A DNA stretch of 64,000 bases from an uncultured virus (IMG/VR IMGVR_UViG_3300030202_003905) (Duplodnaviria; Heunggongvirae; Uroviricota; Caudoviricetes): IMG/VR virus record IMGVR_UViG_3300030202_003905; one strand, given 5' to 3'. The notes beneath the pieces were generated by a model. The model worked only from the letters and a program-made list of their open reading frames with translations. It was not told the origin of the DNA and searched no databases. Below are positions 1-9,976 of the stretch, one piece after another (positions within the stretch are counted from its first letter, which is position 1; each line of letters begins with the position of its first letter). A program made the translations under genes and the position numbers.

Positions 1-120
1 ATAGATGCTAACGAGTTAGTTGTTGACATTTATTTGAAACCGGTTAGAGCAGCAGAGTTTATCTTAGTTAACTTTTATGCTACAAGAACAGGTCAAGACT
101 TTAGCGAAATTGTTGGGTAA
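1..120 (+). CDS. gp18: Tail sheath protein, C-terminal fragment (T4 gp18-like), truncated by window start
   Basis: Frame +1 reads IDANELVVDIYLKPVRAAEFILVNFYATRTGQDFSEIVG*, the typical C-terminus of T4-like sheath proteins; it precedes the tail tube gene. Confidence 0.92.
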   Translation: MDANELVVDIYLKPVRAAEFILVNFYATRTGQDFSEIVG

Positions 121-158
121 TAACCTTAACAGCTGGCGAAACTTGCCTGAGTATAAAC

Positions 159-184
159 AAACCCCGATTTTTTCGGGGTTTTTC
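159..184 (+). terminator. Rho-independent terminator after tail sheath
   Basis: AAACCCCGA-TTTTT-TCGGGGTTT stem followed by a T run. Confidence 0.8.
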
Positions 185-206
185 TTTGTTTAGATTAAAT
201 ACTATT

Positions 207-752
207 ATGCCAGATGTACAGCAAACGATTTCTGATTTTTACAGAGTAGCAACTGAAAGAGATTTTGCAAGAGATTTTCAGTTTAGAGTGTTATCAATAG
301 ACTCAGGCGGTGCAAGTTCACAAACATTCGATGAAGATGATTTAGTATATTGTACAGCCGGGTCATTACCAGCAAGAGAAATAACAAACGTACCAGTGCC
401 TTATATGGGCCTGAATTTTAACTTACCTGGTAATGCAACATATCCTGATAGTCAGGGGTATTCATTACAATTTTATTGTGATCAAAATTCACAAATAAGA
501 CAAAAGTTCGAAGATATGTCTAGAGACATATTTGATGATGCAACAAGCACGGGTAATTATTTTACACCACGAGCATCTGCAAGTATTAATTTAGTACAGT
601 TAGACACACAGTTAGATGAAGTAGCAGGTTATAAATTAGTTGGTGCTTCGGTAAGAAACGTCGGTGCTATAGAATACAATATATCAGGTGGTCAGGGGAA
701 TCAAGTTACCTTCGGAGCAACTATGGCTTATCATTACTTTCAACGTAATTGA
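207..752 (+). CDS. gp19: Tail tube protein (T4 gp19-like)
   Basis: LPAREITNVPVPYMG...PGNATY motif and position after the sheath; ATG at 207 lies 5 nt after TAAATA (ORF track start 186 is probably too early). Confidence 0.85.
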   Translation: MPDVQQTISDFYRVATERDFARDFQFRVLSIDSGGASSQTFDEDDLVYCTAGSLPAREITNVPVPYMGLNFNLPGNATYPDSQGYSLQFYCDQNSQIRQKFEDMSRDIFDDATSTGNYFTPRASASINLVQLDTQLDEVAGYKLVGASVRNVGAIEYNISGGQGNQVTFGATMAYHYFQRN

Positions 753-1138
753 TTTATAACCATTTTTGGTTAATTTCTTTTGTGAAGTTTAAAACCAAAC
801 CTAAAGTAAGGGTCACTAAAAACGATCGACGTGAAAACGTAAATTTTATTCTTCATCGCGTTAACAGATATAGAGACACAGAAATAGGAAATCTAGAAAT
901 AGATATGTCTCAAGAAAAATACTTCGTTGTTTCTGCTCACGTAAATGACACATATAGAGGTAATGGTTTTGGAAAAGTTCTTTATGAATATGCTATAAAA
1001 GATTTAGGTAAACTAAAAACACATTATTATGATGCAAGTGAAGAAGCTCAATGGGTATGGGTGTCATTACATAAAAAATACAAATCAAGGAAAAACTTTT
1101 TCAACGGGACGCTAACAATATACAACAAACTTAAATAA
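749..1138 (+). CDS. GNAT-family acetyltransferase
   Basis: V..TYRGNGFGKVLY acetyl-CoA-binding motif A followed by S.EA..VW. Confidence 0.75.
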   Translation: MIYNHFWLISFVKFKTKPKVRVTKNDRRENVNFILHRVNRYRDTEIGNLEIDMSQEKYFVVSAHVNDTYRGNGFGKVLYEYAIKDLGKLKTHYYDASEEAQWVWVSLHKKYKSRKNFFNGTLTIYNKLK

Positions 1139-1143
1139 TAACA

Positions 1144-2019
1144 GTGAACAATCCTTTCTCAGAATTAATAAGAGGTCTCGGAGACAATGTAAGTGGTTTA
1201 CTAACTGGTAAAAATCCTTTATCTCAACCTTCTATTACTTCTCTTTTTGGCTTTACTGTACCTGGTACACCTTTAATTAGTTCGAGAGACTTTTTTTTAT
1301 CTCAAATGGAATCTTGGTTCACTACTATTCCAATGCGGACGCAATGGATGGTTTTAATAGAAAGCTACCCTGCTTTATTACAAACTTCTGTAATACAAAA
1401 CTTAGAAAGAACAGAAGGTAATTTTAACAATTTCGATATAAGTCAGGCTGTAAGCATATTAAAATCTTATCCTTTAAACAGAGTAGTTGGTTGTATATTT
1501 GCTCAAGGAGCTGATATACCTCAATTAGAAGTTTTAGAAACAGGTAGAGATAAAATATTCAATCAACAACAAAGAGGGTTTATTCCAGGTGTTATTTCAA
1601 ACGGTAGATCACCTTTTACCGACTTAACTATACAATTTAGAGAAACAAATACAAGTTTTGTAGACTTTGTTGTAAGACCTTGGACTATGTTAGCAGAACA
1701 TTTCGGTATGATAGCTAGACCAGCTGGAGATGAAAGAAACGTTAGCACGACAATTAAAATATTGCAGTTTACAAGAACATATCAAGAGCTAGCTCAGATA
1801 CCAAGAAAAATATGGACCTTTTATAATTGTATGCCAGTTTCTGTAGCTAGCTCGAACTTAACCTATGATCAAGAAGCTATGGACATAGCTAACACGACAT
1901 GGGCGTTTTCAAATTATTGTGTTGAGAATAATTTATATTTACCGTTACCTGATATTATTAATAAGATTAACAAGAATGGTTTCAAAAGCTTGATACCCAA
2001 AATATCACCATTCCAGTAG
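1144..2019 (+). CDS. Tail tube-like baseplate/tube initiator protein (gp54/gp48-like)
   Basis: LTIQFRETNTSFVDFVVRPW and KIWTFYNCMPVSV resemble the tube fold; TAAATA precedes the GTG start. Confidence 0.6.
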   Translation: MNNPFSELIRGLGDNVSGLLTGKNPLSQPSITSLFGFTVPGTPLISSRDFFLSQMESWFTTIPMRTQWMVLIESYPALLQTSVIQNLERTEGNFNNFDISQAVSILKSYPLNRVVGCIFAQGADIPQLEVLETGRDKIFNQQQRGFIPGVISNGRSPFTDLTIQFRETNTSFVDFVVRPWTMLAEHFGMIARPAGDERNVSTTIKILQFTRTYQELAQIPRKIWTFYNCMPVSVASSNLTYDQEAMDIANTTWAFSNYCVENNLYLPLPDIINKINKNGFKSLIPKISPFQ

Positions 2020-2049
2020 AATAACGACATTCCAATCTTAAGTCTTTAC

Positions 2050-2922
2050 GTGGGTATTAACGATTATAAGTTTCCTATAATGATAACAAACTCTAGGGAG
2101 GTATACTGTAAAGAATTAAAAAATATCCATTATAAAAACATATTAAAATATATACAAAATAGTGATGACGATAATCTTTGCAAATATTTTGAATTATTAA
2201 TAAATGATCTTTGTGAAACTGACGAAATTTTAAACTATATAGACAAATTTTTAATATTAATAGCTATAAGAATGGTTTGTATAAACAATATATTACAGAT
2301 TGAAACACCTTCAAAAATAAAAAACACTTTAAACATAGGCGATATGTCTAAAACAATAATAGAAAATTTTTCACCTAATACAAGAACCATAAATTGTCAA
2401 AAAGATATAAAAGTAGAGATAGGTTATCCAAATATTATTAGTAATAGAGATATTATTTTTAATAAAATTCATTCAATAGAAGTTAGCAACGAAAAAGTTA
2501 TGTTTGGTAATTTATCGGAAAAAGAAAAAGATGAAATATTATCAGTATTACCCGCTTCTCTTTCAAAGGATACATTCAAAGAGATAAAAAAATCAGAGAT
2601 ATATAAAGAAATAAAATTATTTTCATACTATTATGAAGAAGGTGAAAAAACAGACTTTTATTTTTCTTTTGATTCCACTAAAAACTTTCAATTATTAAAA
2701 TCTCTATATACTGAAAATTTAAATAATATATATTACTATGAATATATTTGTATATCTAAACTTCATATGTCTTTAAGTGATTTTTTATTCAATATGACAC
2801 CTGTAGAAACAGTATTACAGGTAACTACCCTATCTAAGGAAATACAAGAACAAAATAAATCTAAGTCTGCCGCTACTAATAAAAATCAATCACCTACACC
2901 TGGATTAGGATCACCAAGGTAA
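2050..2922 (+). CDS. Putative baseplate hub assembly protein (gp26-like)
   Basis: LNYIDKFLILIAIRMVC motif and location in the tail/baseplate block. Confidence 0.5.
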   Translation: MGINDYKFPIMITNSREVYCKELKNIHYKNILKYIQNSDDDNLCKYFELLINDLCETDEILNYIDKFLILIAIRMVCINNILQIETPSKIKNTLNIGDMSKTIIENFSPNTRTINCQKDIKVEIGYPNIISNRDIIFNKIHSIEVSNEKVMFGNLSEKEKDEILSVLPASLSKDTFKEIKKSEIYKEIKLFSYYYEEGEKTDFYFSFDSTKNFQLLKSLYTENLNNIYYYEYICISKLHMSLSDFLFNMTPVETVLQVTTLSKEIQEQNKSKSAATNKNQSPTPGLGSPR

Positions 2923-2933
2923 TAAATTATAGT

Positions 2934-3143
2934 ATGAATGAAACAGAGGTCCGGAAGATTAATGATCTATACAAACAACTTGATGAAAAAGATCTCAAGT
3001 TACAGAGTGTAGAAAACAATTTAGTTACTGCACAGAATACAGTTAACTTTCTTAATAGTACTGTAGAAACTTTTAATGAAAAATTCGATAAGTTAACTTT
3101 AGCAGTCGACACGTTAACTAAGAAGTGTTCAGCTAAGAAGTAA
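2934..3143 (+). CDS. Small coiled-coil hypothetical protein
   Basis: 69-aa ORF with heptad pattern filling the intergenic space. Confidence 0.6.
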   Translation: MNETEVRKINDLYKQLDEKDLKLQSVENNLVTAQNTVNFLNSTVETFNEKFDKLTLAVDTLTKKCSAKK

Positions 3144-3154
3144 TAAATACTTCT

Positions 3155-3379
3155 ATGGCTAACAACGTAACAGTTGACTTACATAATGACCATACGATAA
3201 AATCATTTGACGCTGAAACGGGTGTCATTAAACACATTAGGCAAGTTGGGGGAAAAATAGTAAGCGGTCCTATTATTTCCGGAAATACTGTGTCAGTAAC
3301 AGTTCAAGAACCTCAAGGTAAAAAAATAAAACTTTACAGATTACCTAACTTAATTATATTTAGAACCACGTCTACATAA
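3155..3379 (+). CDS. Hypothetical protein
   Basis: 74-aa ORF; TAAATA 5 nt before ATG. Confidence 0.65.
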   Translation: MANNVTVDLHNDHTIKSFDAETGVIKHIRQVGGKIVSGPIISGNTVSVTVQEPQGKKIKLYRLPNLIIFRTTST

Positions 3380-3414
3380 CTGGATTTTACAAAAAGGTAT
3401 TATAAAATTTTAAT

Positions 3415-3948
3415 ATGAATATGGTACCTAGTATATTGTTAGACAAAGAGCTACGAGTTTCAGACTTTAAACTATCATCAGAATATTTTAAAAATTTCTC
3501 TTTTCTTTTTTATGGTTTTGAACTTAAATCTGAATATGACGAACAACGATATCGAATTCATAAATCTTTAAAACCTAAAAAATTTGCACACCTAGTTAAA
3601 ACAAAAGAAGGTATGAGGTTCAAATACTTTTATGGTATTATTATACCCGGTAATAAAAAATACAATAAAATTGCGAAACAATTAGCTTTTGCTTCTCATA
3701 AAGAAGAATATACTTTAAGCTTTAAAAATTACGAACACATGATGTCTGAATTTAATATAGAAACCTCATGTAGTTATGGTAAGTATGCAGTAGGTGTTTA
3801 CCCTTTTGATAATATTTCTGATATGTGCGATAAACAAATAGATCAAAATAAATTTTTTGCTAATAAAAATATACCTATGTTTCAACGGCTTGGAGGATTA
3901 AGTTCTTATATCATATGTAATACAGAAAATCTTATCAAATACCTATAG
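3415..3948 (+). CDS. Hypothetical protein
   Basis: 177-aa ORF; TATAAA -10-like element shortly upstream. Confidence 0.65.
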   Translation: MNMVPSILLDKELRVSDFKLSSEYFKNFSFLFYGFELKSEYDEQRYRIHKSLKPKKFAHLVKTKEGMRFKYFYGIIIPGNKKYNKIAKQLAFASHKEEYTLSFKNYEHMMSEFNIETSCSYGKYAVGVYPFDNISDMCDKQIDQNKFFANKNIPMFQRLGGLSSYIICNTENLIKYL

Positions 3949-4109
3949 TATTTAATCTTTTTTGTCTTATTTTCTTATTTCCGTAAGGTAAATCGTTTGA
4001 AACTAACTAACCCCCAGGGGTCGTCTTTACTTTACCCAAAAAAACCCAAAAATAATTGTAAAAACTGGTGTGAAACCACGGTTGGTAGCTTAAATTATTA
4101 TCTACGAAG

Positions 4110-5966
4110 ATGGATATTTCAACGAAGATACTCTCTGATATAACGGTGCATAACAAGTATGCAAAATACATTTCAAAAAATGAAAGACGTGAAACCTGGA
4201 ATGAAATTGTTTCCAGGAATAAGAAAATGCATATTAAGAAGTATCCAGATCTAAAAGATGAAATAACTAGCGTATATAAGTTAGTAACAAATAAGAAAGT
4301 ATTACCTTCTATGAGATCTCTACAATTTGGTGGTGCACCTATTGATAGAAACCCATCTAAGATTTTTAATTGTGCATATTTGCCTTGCGATGATTACCGT
4401 TCTTTTGCAGAAGCAATGTTTTTATTGTTAGGTGGTACTGGTGTGGGTTATTCAGTACAAAAACATCACGTTGACGCATTACCTGAAATTAATAAACCAA
4501 ATCGAGATAGAACAAGAAGATATTTGATTGGTGATTCTATTGAAGGTTGGGCTGATTCAGTAAAAGTATTAATGGAATGTTACTTTAAAGGTTTATCTAA
4601 AATTCGTTTTGACTATAGTGATATTAGACCAAAAGGAGCAATGCTTATTACATCAGGGGGTAAAGCTCCTGGTCCTCAACCACTCAGAGAATGCCTTGTG
4701 AAAGTGGAAGGTATTTTATCGCAAAAAGCTGATAACAGTAAACTTACTTCTATAGAATGTCATGATATTATGTGTCACATGGCTGATGCAGTATTAGCGG
4801 GTGGTATAAGAAGAGCAGCTATGATTTCTCTCTTCTCCGCTGATGATGATGAAATGATTGCATGTAAGGCAGATAACTGGTGGGAGAATAATGCACAAAG
4901 AGGGAGAGCTAATAATTCTGCTGTTCTTATGCGTCATAAAATTACAAAAGAGTATTTTTTAAACCTATGGGAGAGGGTTGAAGCATCTGGCTCAGGTGAA
5001 CCTGGTTTTTACTTCTCAAATGATAAAGATTGGGGTACTAATCCTTGTTGTGAAATTGGATTAAGACCTTATCAGTTTTGTAACTTAACTGAAATTAATG
5101 CAAGTAATGTAACTACACAAGAAGATTTAGAAGAGAGAGCTAAAGCTGCTGCATTTATAGGAACGTTACAAGCTTCATATACAGACTTTCATTATCTTCG
5201 TCCTGTATGGCAAAGAACTACTGAAAAAGACGCTCTGTTAGGTGTTAGTATGACAGGTATTGGTTCAGGTGCAGTATTAGATTTAGATCTTAAAAAAGCA
5301 GCAACCGTTGTTAAAAAAGAAAATGAACGGGTTGCTAAAATTATCGGTATTAATAAAGCTGCTAGAACAACATGCGTAAAACCAGCTGGTACGACTTCTT
5401 TAGTTTTAGGTACTTCATCTGGTATCCATGCATGGCATGCTGATCATTATATTAGAAGAATACGTGTTGGTAAAAATGAAGCATTATATGATTATCTACA
5501 CTCGAATCATAAAGCTTTGGTAGAAGATGAATATTTTAGACCTCACGATACTGCAGTTATTGGTGTACCTCAAAGAGCACCAGCTGGTGCAATATATAGA
5601 ACGGAATCAGCACTACATTTATTAACAAGAATTAAAAAAATTACTGATGAGTGGGTATCAACCGGTCATAGAAAAGGTGCAAATAAACATAATGTTTCAG
5701 CTACCGTTTCTATTAGAGATAGTGAGTGGGCTGATGTAGGAGAGTGGATGTGGGAAAATACAGATTCATTTAATGGGTTGTCTGTTCTTCCTTATGATGG
5801 TGGTTCATACAAACAAGCTCCTTTTGAAGATTGTTCTAAAGAAACTTATGAAGCGTTAGTTAGTTCTTTAAAGAATGTTGACTTAACGCTAATTAAAGAA
5901 AAAGCTGATGATACAGACCTTTCTGGCGAAATAGCATGTGCTGGAGGGGCTTGTGAAATTTCGTAA
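4110..5966 (+). CDS. nrdJ: Class II adenosylcobalamin-dependent ribonucleotide reductase (monomeric RTPR type)
   Basis: FNCAY, GTGVGYSV, GGIRRAAMISL, TNPCCEI, FCNLTE, TCVKPAGTTS and C-terminal CAGGACEI; no small subunit adjacent. Confidence 0.93.
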   Translation: MDISTKILSDITVHNKYAKYISKNERRETWNEIVSRNKKMHIKKYPDLKDEITSVYKLVTNKKVLPSMRSLQFGGAPIDRNPSKIFNCAYLPCDDYRSFAEAMFLLLGGTGVGYSVQKHHVDALPEINKPNRDRTRRYLIGDSIEGWADSVKVLMECYFKGLSKIRFDYSDIRPKGAMLITSGGKAPGPQPLRECLVKVEGILSQKADNSKLTSIECHDIMCHMADAVLAGGIRRAAMISLFSADDDEMIACKADNWWENNAQRGRANNSAVLMRHKITKEYFLNLWERVEASGSGEPGFYFSNDKDWGTNPCCEIGLRPYQFCNLTEINASNVTTQEDLEERAKAAAFIGTLQASYTDFHYLRPVWQRTTEKDALLGVSMTGIGSGAVLDLDLKKAATVVKKENERVAKIIGINKAARTTCVKPAGTTSLVLGTSSGIHAWHADHYIRRIRVGKNEALYDYLHSNHKALVEDEYFRPHDTAVIGVPQRAPAGAIYRTESALHLLTRIKKITDEWVSTGHRKGANKHNVSATVSIRDSEWADVGEWMWENTDSFNGLSVLPYDGGSYKQAPFEDCSKETYEALVSSLKNVDLTLIKEKADDTDLSGEIACAGGACEIS

Positions 5967-6171
5967 ATGTCCTATTTGTGAAAGTGAAGTGCAGTATTGG
6001 GAAGAAGATAATACCATTAACTGCACTTCATGCACCTTTAAAGTAATTGGTGAAAATACCTACGGTACAACATATCTCAGAGGCCACGTAAAATATGCTC
6101 CGTTATCTAGAGAATTTTTACTTCAAAGAGGTTCTTGTTGTAACAGTGGATGTAAAGAATGTCCATATTAA
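5938..6171 (+). CDS. Cys-rich zinc-ribbon protein with DUF5522-like C-terminus
   Basis: CPIC...CTSC plus LLQRGSCCNSGCKECPY; true start may be GTG at 5953. Confidence 0.65.
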   Translation: MLEGLVKFRKCPICESEVQYWEEDNTINCTSCTFKVIGENTYGTTYLRGHVKYAPLSREFLLQRGSCCNSGCKECPY

Positions 6172-6180
6172 AATCAATTA

Positions 6181-7230
6181 ATGGATAAAACCATAAAAAT
6201 TTCCTACTACAATAATGGTGTAGGTGAAACTAAAGATTGTAATTTACTTGTAGAGTTATTAAAAGATGATTTTAAAATAATTGTCAACGACGTCTTACGT
6301 GATTTGCATAGTATTTATGTTAACGGTAAAAAGAGTTATCAAGTAGAAAGAATTGAAGGAGAACAAGTTGATATAGGCATATATAGTAATTGTTATTATC
6401 ATGATACAGACGACGTAAAAATAAAAATATTAATTTTAAATGAAGAGTGGCTTAATTTAATTGATCATATCCACCTTCGTACTTTTGATATAATTATAGT
6501 TAAATCAAAATATGCAGAAAATATTTTAAAAGGTACCCACCCAAATATTAAAACGCTATATTTTTGGTCTGAAGATAGATTTGACCCAACAGTAAAAGAA
6601 GAAAAAGAAATTTTACATCTTTCGGGTATGTCAATTCAAAAGGGTACAGAATCATTAGTTAATAGAGAAGATATTACAATCTTAGATGGTAAAAACAATT
6701 TTAAAGGTTGTAGAAGCAATTATATAAATGGTTATCAATCTGATGTAGATATAACAAAATATATGAACAAATGCAATCTTCATGTTTGCCCGTCTTTGTA
6801 CGAAGCTCATGGACATTATATGTTCGAAGGGTTATCTTGCGGTAAAAGTATTGTTTGTACTAGAATACCTGTTTGGGAAGAATCAGTACCTGATGATATA
6901 GTCACTTATGTGGATGTAGAAGAATATGCGTCGCAATATTTTGGACATAATCCGTGGAATTATATTACCGACCATGTTTTAGATTTATCTGATTCACAAT
7001 ATCATTTTAATCAAAAATATAAAAACAAAAAACATTGGAGAAATGGACCCTATGCTGGGTTTGATAAACACCCCTTTCGAAAATCATTTACTTTTGATGA
7101 AGAAGAACTTTATGCAAAAATCGAAGAACGTAAAAATGACTCTTTTAGTGAGAAAAGAAGAAATTTTTGTTTAGATTTGAATAAAAAAAGAAGTGAAGAC
7201 TTCCGAAATTTTATAGTTGATTTACTATAA
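6181..7230 (+). CDS. GT-B glycosyltransferase (GT4-like)
   Basis: HVCPSLYEAHGHYMFEGLSCG matches the E-x7-E motif; QKGT upstream. Confidence 0.8.
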   Translation: MDKTIKISYYNNGVGETKDCNLLVELLKDDFKIIVNDVLRDLHSIYVNGKKSYQVERIEGEQVDIGIYSNCYYHDTDDVKIKILILNEEWLNLIDHIHLRTFDIIIVKSKYAENILKGTHPNIKTLYFWSEDRFDPTVKEEKEILHLSGMSIQKGTESLVNREDITILDGKNNFKGCRSNYINGYQSDVDITKYMNKCNLHVCPSLYEAHGHYMFEGLSCGKSIVCTRIPVWEESVPDDIVTYVDVEEYASQYFGHNPWNYITDHVLDLSDSQYHFNQKYKNKKHWRNGPYAGFDKHPFRKSFTFDEEELYAKIEERKNDSFSEKRRNFCLDLNKKRSEDFRNFIVDLL

Positions 7231-7245
7231 CGGATTACCTATAAT
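7217..7245 (+). promoter_or_regulatory. Sigma70-type promoter (TTGATT-17-TATAAT), 7 nt before ATG
   Basis: Direct match to -35/-10 consensus. Confidence 0.7.
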
Positions 7246-7252
7246 AGAGTGA

Positions 7253-7801
7253 ATGGATCTACGAGAATATCAATTACATAACGTAACTACTAGAACCAAA
7301 TTCACTGAACTGGTGAAGAAAATGGGGGGTTGGGAAAGAGAGTATTGTGAAAAAGATATTTTACCTTATTGGGATAAAAATGACTGGTGGGATTATAGTA
7401 ATACTGCTAATATCTTAATGAAAGTGTCTAATGGGGGCTCCGGTGAGGTTGTTGCAGGGTGCGCATATAAGACTATAAACAACAAGCTTCATATAAAAAG
7501 ACTCTTTACTAGCACTCATTGGAGAAAGCAAGGTCATGCATATGATCTTTTAAAGCATGCTTGGCGAACGGATTTCGAAAGCGCTAGGTTTATGAGGATG
7601 TATTGTGATGAAGAAGCTATTCCTTTTTATGAAAAATTGGGATTTAGAATGATGGGGACAAATGCAGAAGGTTATGGATACGTGCTTCAACCAATGTTAT
7701 TTCGTGATATGGATTTTACTTTAAAGCACTGCGAAAATTTCCAGCTGGATTATCTTCTAGATGAACAGGATAAGACGTTTATTTCTTACGATTTTATATA
7801 A
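7253..7801 (+). CDS. GNAT-family acetyltransferase
   Basis: LFTSTHWRKQGHA motif A and AIPFYEKLGF motif B. Confidence 0.85.
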   Translation: MDLREYQLHNVTTRTKFTELVKKMGGWEREYCEKDILPYWDKNDWWDYSNTANILMKVSNGGSGEVVAGCAYKTINNKLHIKRLFTSTHWRKQGHAYDLLKHAWRTDFESARFMRMYCDEEAIPFYEKLGFRMMGTNAEGYGYVLQPMLFRDMDFTLKHCENFQLDYLLDEQDKTFISYDFI

Positions 7802-7804
7802 ATA
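7797..7804 (+). promoter_or_regulatory. T4-type late promoter TATAAATA
   Basis: Exact T4 gp55 consensus, followed by a long hairpin rather than a start codon. Confidence 0.65.
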
Positions 7805-7810
7805 GATTTG

Positions 7811-7890
7811 AAGGCGCATAAACCTATTGGTTCAAGGCGGTGGGTTGGCGGGAATATTTATATTACTTGAATTCCTGGGTTTATGAGCTT
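7811..7890 (+). ncRNA. Candidate structured RNA or hsp20 leader hairpin
   Basis: GCGCATAAACCTA/TGGGTTTATGAGC and TTCAAG/CTTGAA nested inverted repeats right after TATAAATA. Confidence 0.35.
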
Positions 7891-7903
7891 AAATATTGTT
7901 GTC

Positions 7904-8323
7904 ATGAATAACTTATTAAATAAATTGACAACAAGTCCACGGGCGGGACGGTACAGCCCAATATTCGAAATTTTTAATGATTTCGATCGCATTCTTACCC
8001 CTGAATCTTTTTCTAACGACAATATTCGTTTTAATGAAAGTAAAGAAAGCTTTCATGTAGAGATTGATCTCCCGGGTGTGAAGAAAAAAGATCTTAAGGT
8101 CACATACAATGAGGATACAAACGTTGCATATGTTGAAGCTAAGCGTACCATTACTTCTAAAACTGGTTCAAAAGAAGAAACATATACAAGGTCATTCCGA
8201 TTAAACCCTTCGGATTTTGATGTAGACAAGTTCGTTTCAAAACTTTCCGATGGGGTCTTAACTATAACAGCTCCTCGAAAAAAGGAGAAGGAACACAAAG
8301 TTATAGACGTTCAAATCGACTAA
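7904..8323 (+). CDS. hsp20: Small heat shock protein (Hsp20/alpha-crystallin)
   Basis: VEIDLPGVKKKDLKV and LSDGVLTITAP motifs; start placed at ATG 7904 (track start 7883). Confidence 0.92.
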   Translation: MNNLLNKLTTSPRAGRYSPIFEIFNDFDRILTPESFSNDNIRFNESKESFHVEIDLPGVKKKDLKVTYNEDTNVAYVEAKRTITSKTGSKEETYTRSFRLNPSDFDVDKFVSKLSDGVLTITAPRKKEKEHKVIDVQID

Positions 8324-8337
8324 TAATTAGGTTTATC

Positions 8338-8361
8338 AAGGCGGCCTACGGGCCGCCTTTT
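8338..8361 (+). terminator. Rho-independent terminator
   Basis: AAGGCGGCC-TACG-GGCCGCCTT followed by Ts. Confidence 0.85.
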
Positions 8362-8397
8362 CCTTGATTTTCACTGGATTTAACATATATTATTTTA

Positions 8398-9312
8398 ATG
8401 ATCGACACTATTGTCACCGCAGTAGAAGAAGTTGAAACCTATACCCCCGATGGGTGTGCTTCCACTTTAACACGAAACTTTACACCAGACCATTATATCA
8501 CTGGAATTAAAGCTTTATGCGATCTACACAAACCAATTATTGTTTATTGCAATCCCAAAATTGAACAATTAATTTGCGAAAATTTACAAGGAAAGGTGGA
8601 TAGGTTGCCAATTTTTAAAAATAAATCTACCCGGGAAATACACCCGTTATATAAAGAAATCCTTGATTATAGTAAAAAAATAATTGATACTAACCCCACT
8701 GGTGTGTATTGCTGGAACCCAATGATAACAACTGCAAAACTTTTCTTTATGCTTGATGCTATGTCATTAGATACAAAAAATGTTTTATGGGTAGATGCCG
8801 GTCTTTGCAATGAATCTTACATTCCTGAAGATTTAGGTGGTGCATGGCATGACATAAAGAGGCAAGATTGGAATAAGATGTACCCGGAAAATAAAGATGC
8901 AGTGTTCAACCCACAACTAGGCAAGCAATTGTTTAATCTTTTAGGTTCAACAGACGGGTTTATCACTGGTATACCATATATTGGTATTGAACCCGGAAAA
9001 TTTATTGAAAATTATTGGGATGAAAAAATACCATATTGGTCTGCGTCACCATGCATTATTGGTTTCGTAAAAGAAAAATTAGAACGCATAAAAGATAGTT
9101 ATATATCAGCTATAAAACACTATATCGACAATTATGATCGTATTTTTACTGATATAGAAATTTTTACTTTCTTGAATGTGTATTTTAATTTTAGTAAGAT
9201 AACTTTCTCAAAATTTGACCCTACACCTGACGAAGGTACCATTTATCATACATTAAAAAATAATATTAAACATGACAAAATACGCTTTAATCATACCTAC
9301 ATTCGAAAATAA
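8398..9312 (+). CDS. HtrL/WlaTC-like glycosyltransferase
   Basis: TIVTA start, NPM...AKLFFMLDA and WVDAG; similar to the middle domain of 38614-41235. Confidence 0.65.
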   Translation: MIDTIVTAVEEVETYTPDGCASTLTRNFTPDHYITGIKALCDLHKPIIVYCNPKIEQLICENLQGKVDRLPIFKNKSTREIHPLYKEILDYSKKIIDTNPTGVYCWNPMITTAKLFFMLDAMSLDTKNVLWVDAGLCNESYIPEDLGGAWHDIKRQDWNKMYPENKDAVFNPQLGKQLFNLLGSTDGFITGIPYIGIEPGKFIENYWDEKIPYWSASPCIIGFVKEKLERIKDSYISAIKHYIDNYDRIFTDIEIFTFLNVYFNFSKITFSKFDPTPDEGTIYHTLKNNIKHDKIRFNHTYIRK

Positions 9313-9958
9313 TGTTGGTTATAAAATAGCTGCTTTAAACTCATTTTTGAAGCACACACCTAAAAATATGGACATATTTTTTGTTTATGGTGGTAACCAA
9401 AATACATCAAAACATAACAGTTTAAATGGAGTACCCTTTACAGATGTCTATTTGAAGACACCAGATGCAATTTATAACGTTCATAAAAAAATATTCGGTG
9501 TATTGAAAAAAATTGTTAACAAAGATTATACCCATGTATTAAAAATTGATGACGATACATTTCTATATAACATAGATACATTTTTAGATCACAAGATTTC
9601 AGGTGATTATGTAGGTGAAAAGATTATTGTTGAAGATGAAGAAGCTACTCGAAAAATTCTTCTTCATAAAAAGAATTACAAAGTAAGAGATGAATATACA
9701 GGAGAAATTCCTACACAATATTGTTCGGGTGAATGTGTTATTTTGAGTAAAAAAGCCGTGGAGTGCTTGGTAGATTATAAAGGCAAAGAGAAATATGCAA
9801 AGTTTGGGGTGGAGGATATCATAATTGGAAATATTTTACTTTCAAATGGATTCAAAATTAATCCAAATAAATTTTTAAATTACGAACACCCTGTTAAGTT
9901 AGAGCGTTTTCATAAACTTTATGATACTCATTATGAAAAAGATCTTGTATTATCTTAG
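9272..9958 (+). CDS. GT31 galactosyltransferase/fringe-like glycosyltransferase
   Basis: VLKIDDDTF DxD motif, YCSG, EDIIIG. Confidence 0.75.
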   Translation: MTKYALIIPTFENNVGYKIAALNSFLKHTPKNMDIFFVYGGNQNTSKHNSLNGVPFTDVYLKTPDAIYNVHKKIFGVLKKIVNKDYTHVLKIDDDTFLYNIDTFLDHKISGDYVGEKIIVEDEEATRKILLHKKNYKVRDEYTGEIPTQYCSGECVILSKKAVECLVDYKGKEKYAKFGVEDIIIGNILLSNGFKINPNKFLNYEHPVKLERFHKLYDTHYEKDLVLS

Positions 9959-9976
9959 CTTGAAATAAATATTTTT

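Noticed and set aside
3949..4109. Cobalamin riboswitch or NrdR box upstream of nrdJ
   Set aside because: No B12-box or NrdR palindrome is recognisable, only a short CCCC-A-GGGG stem
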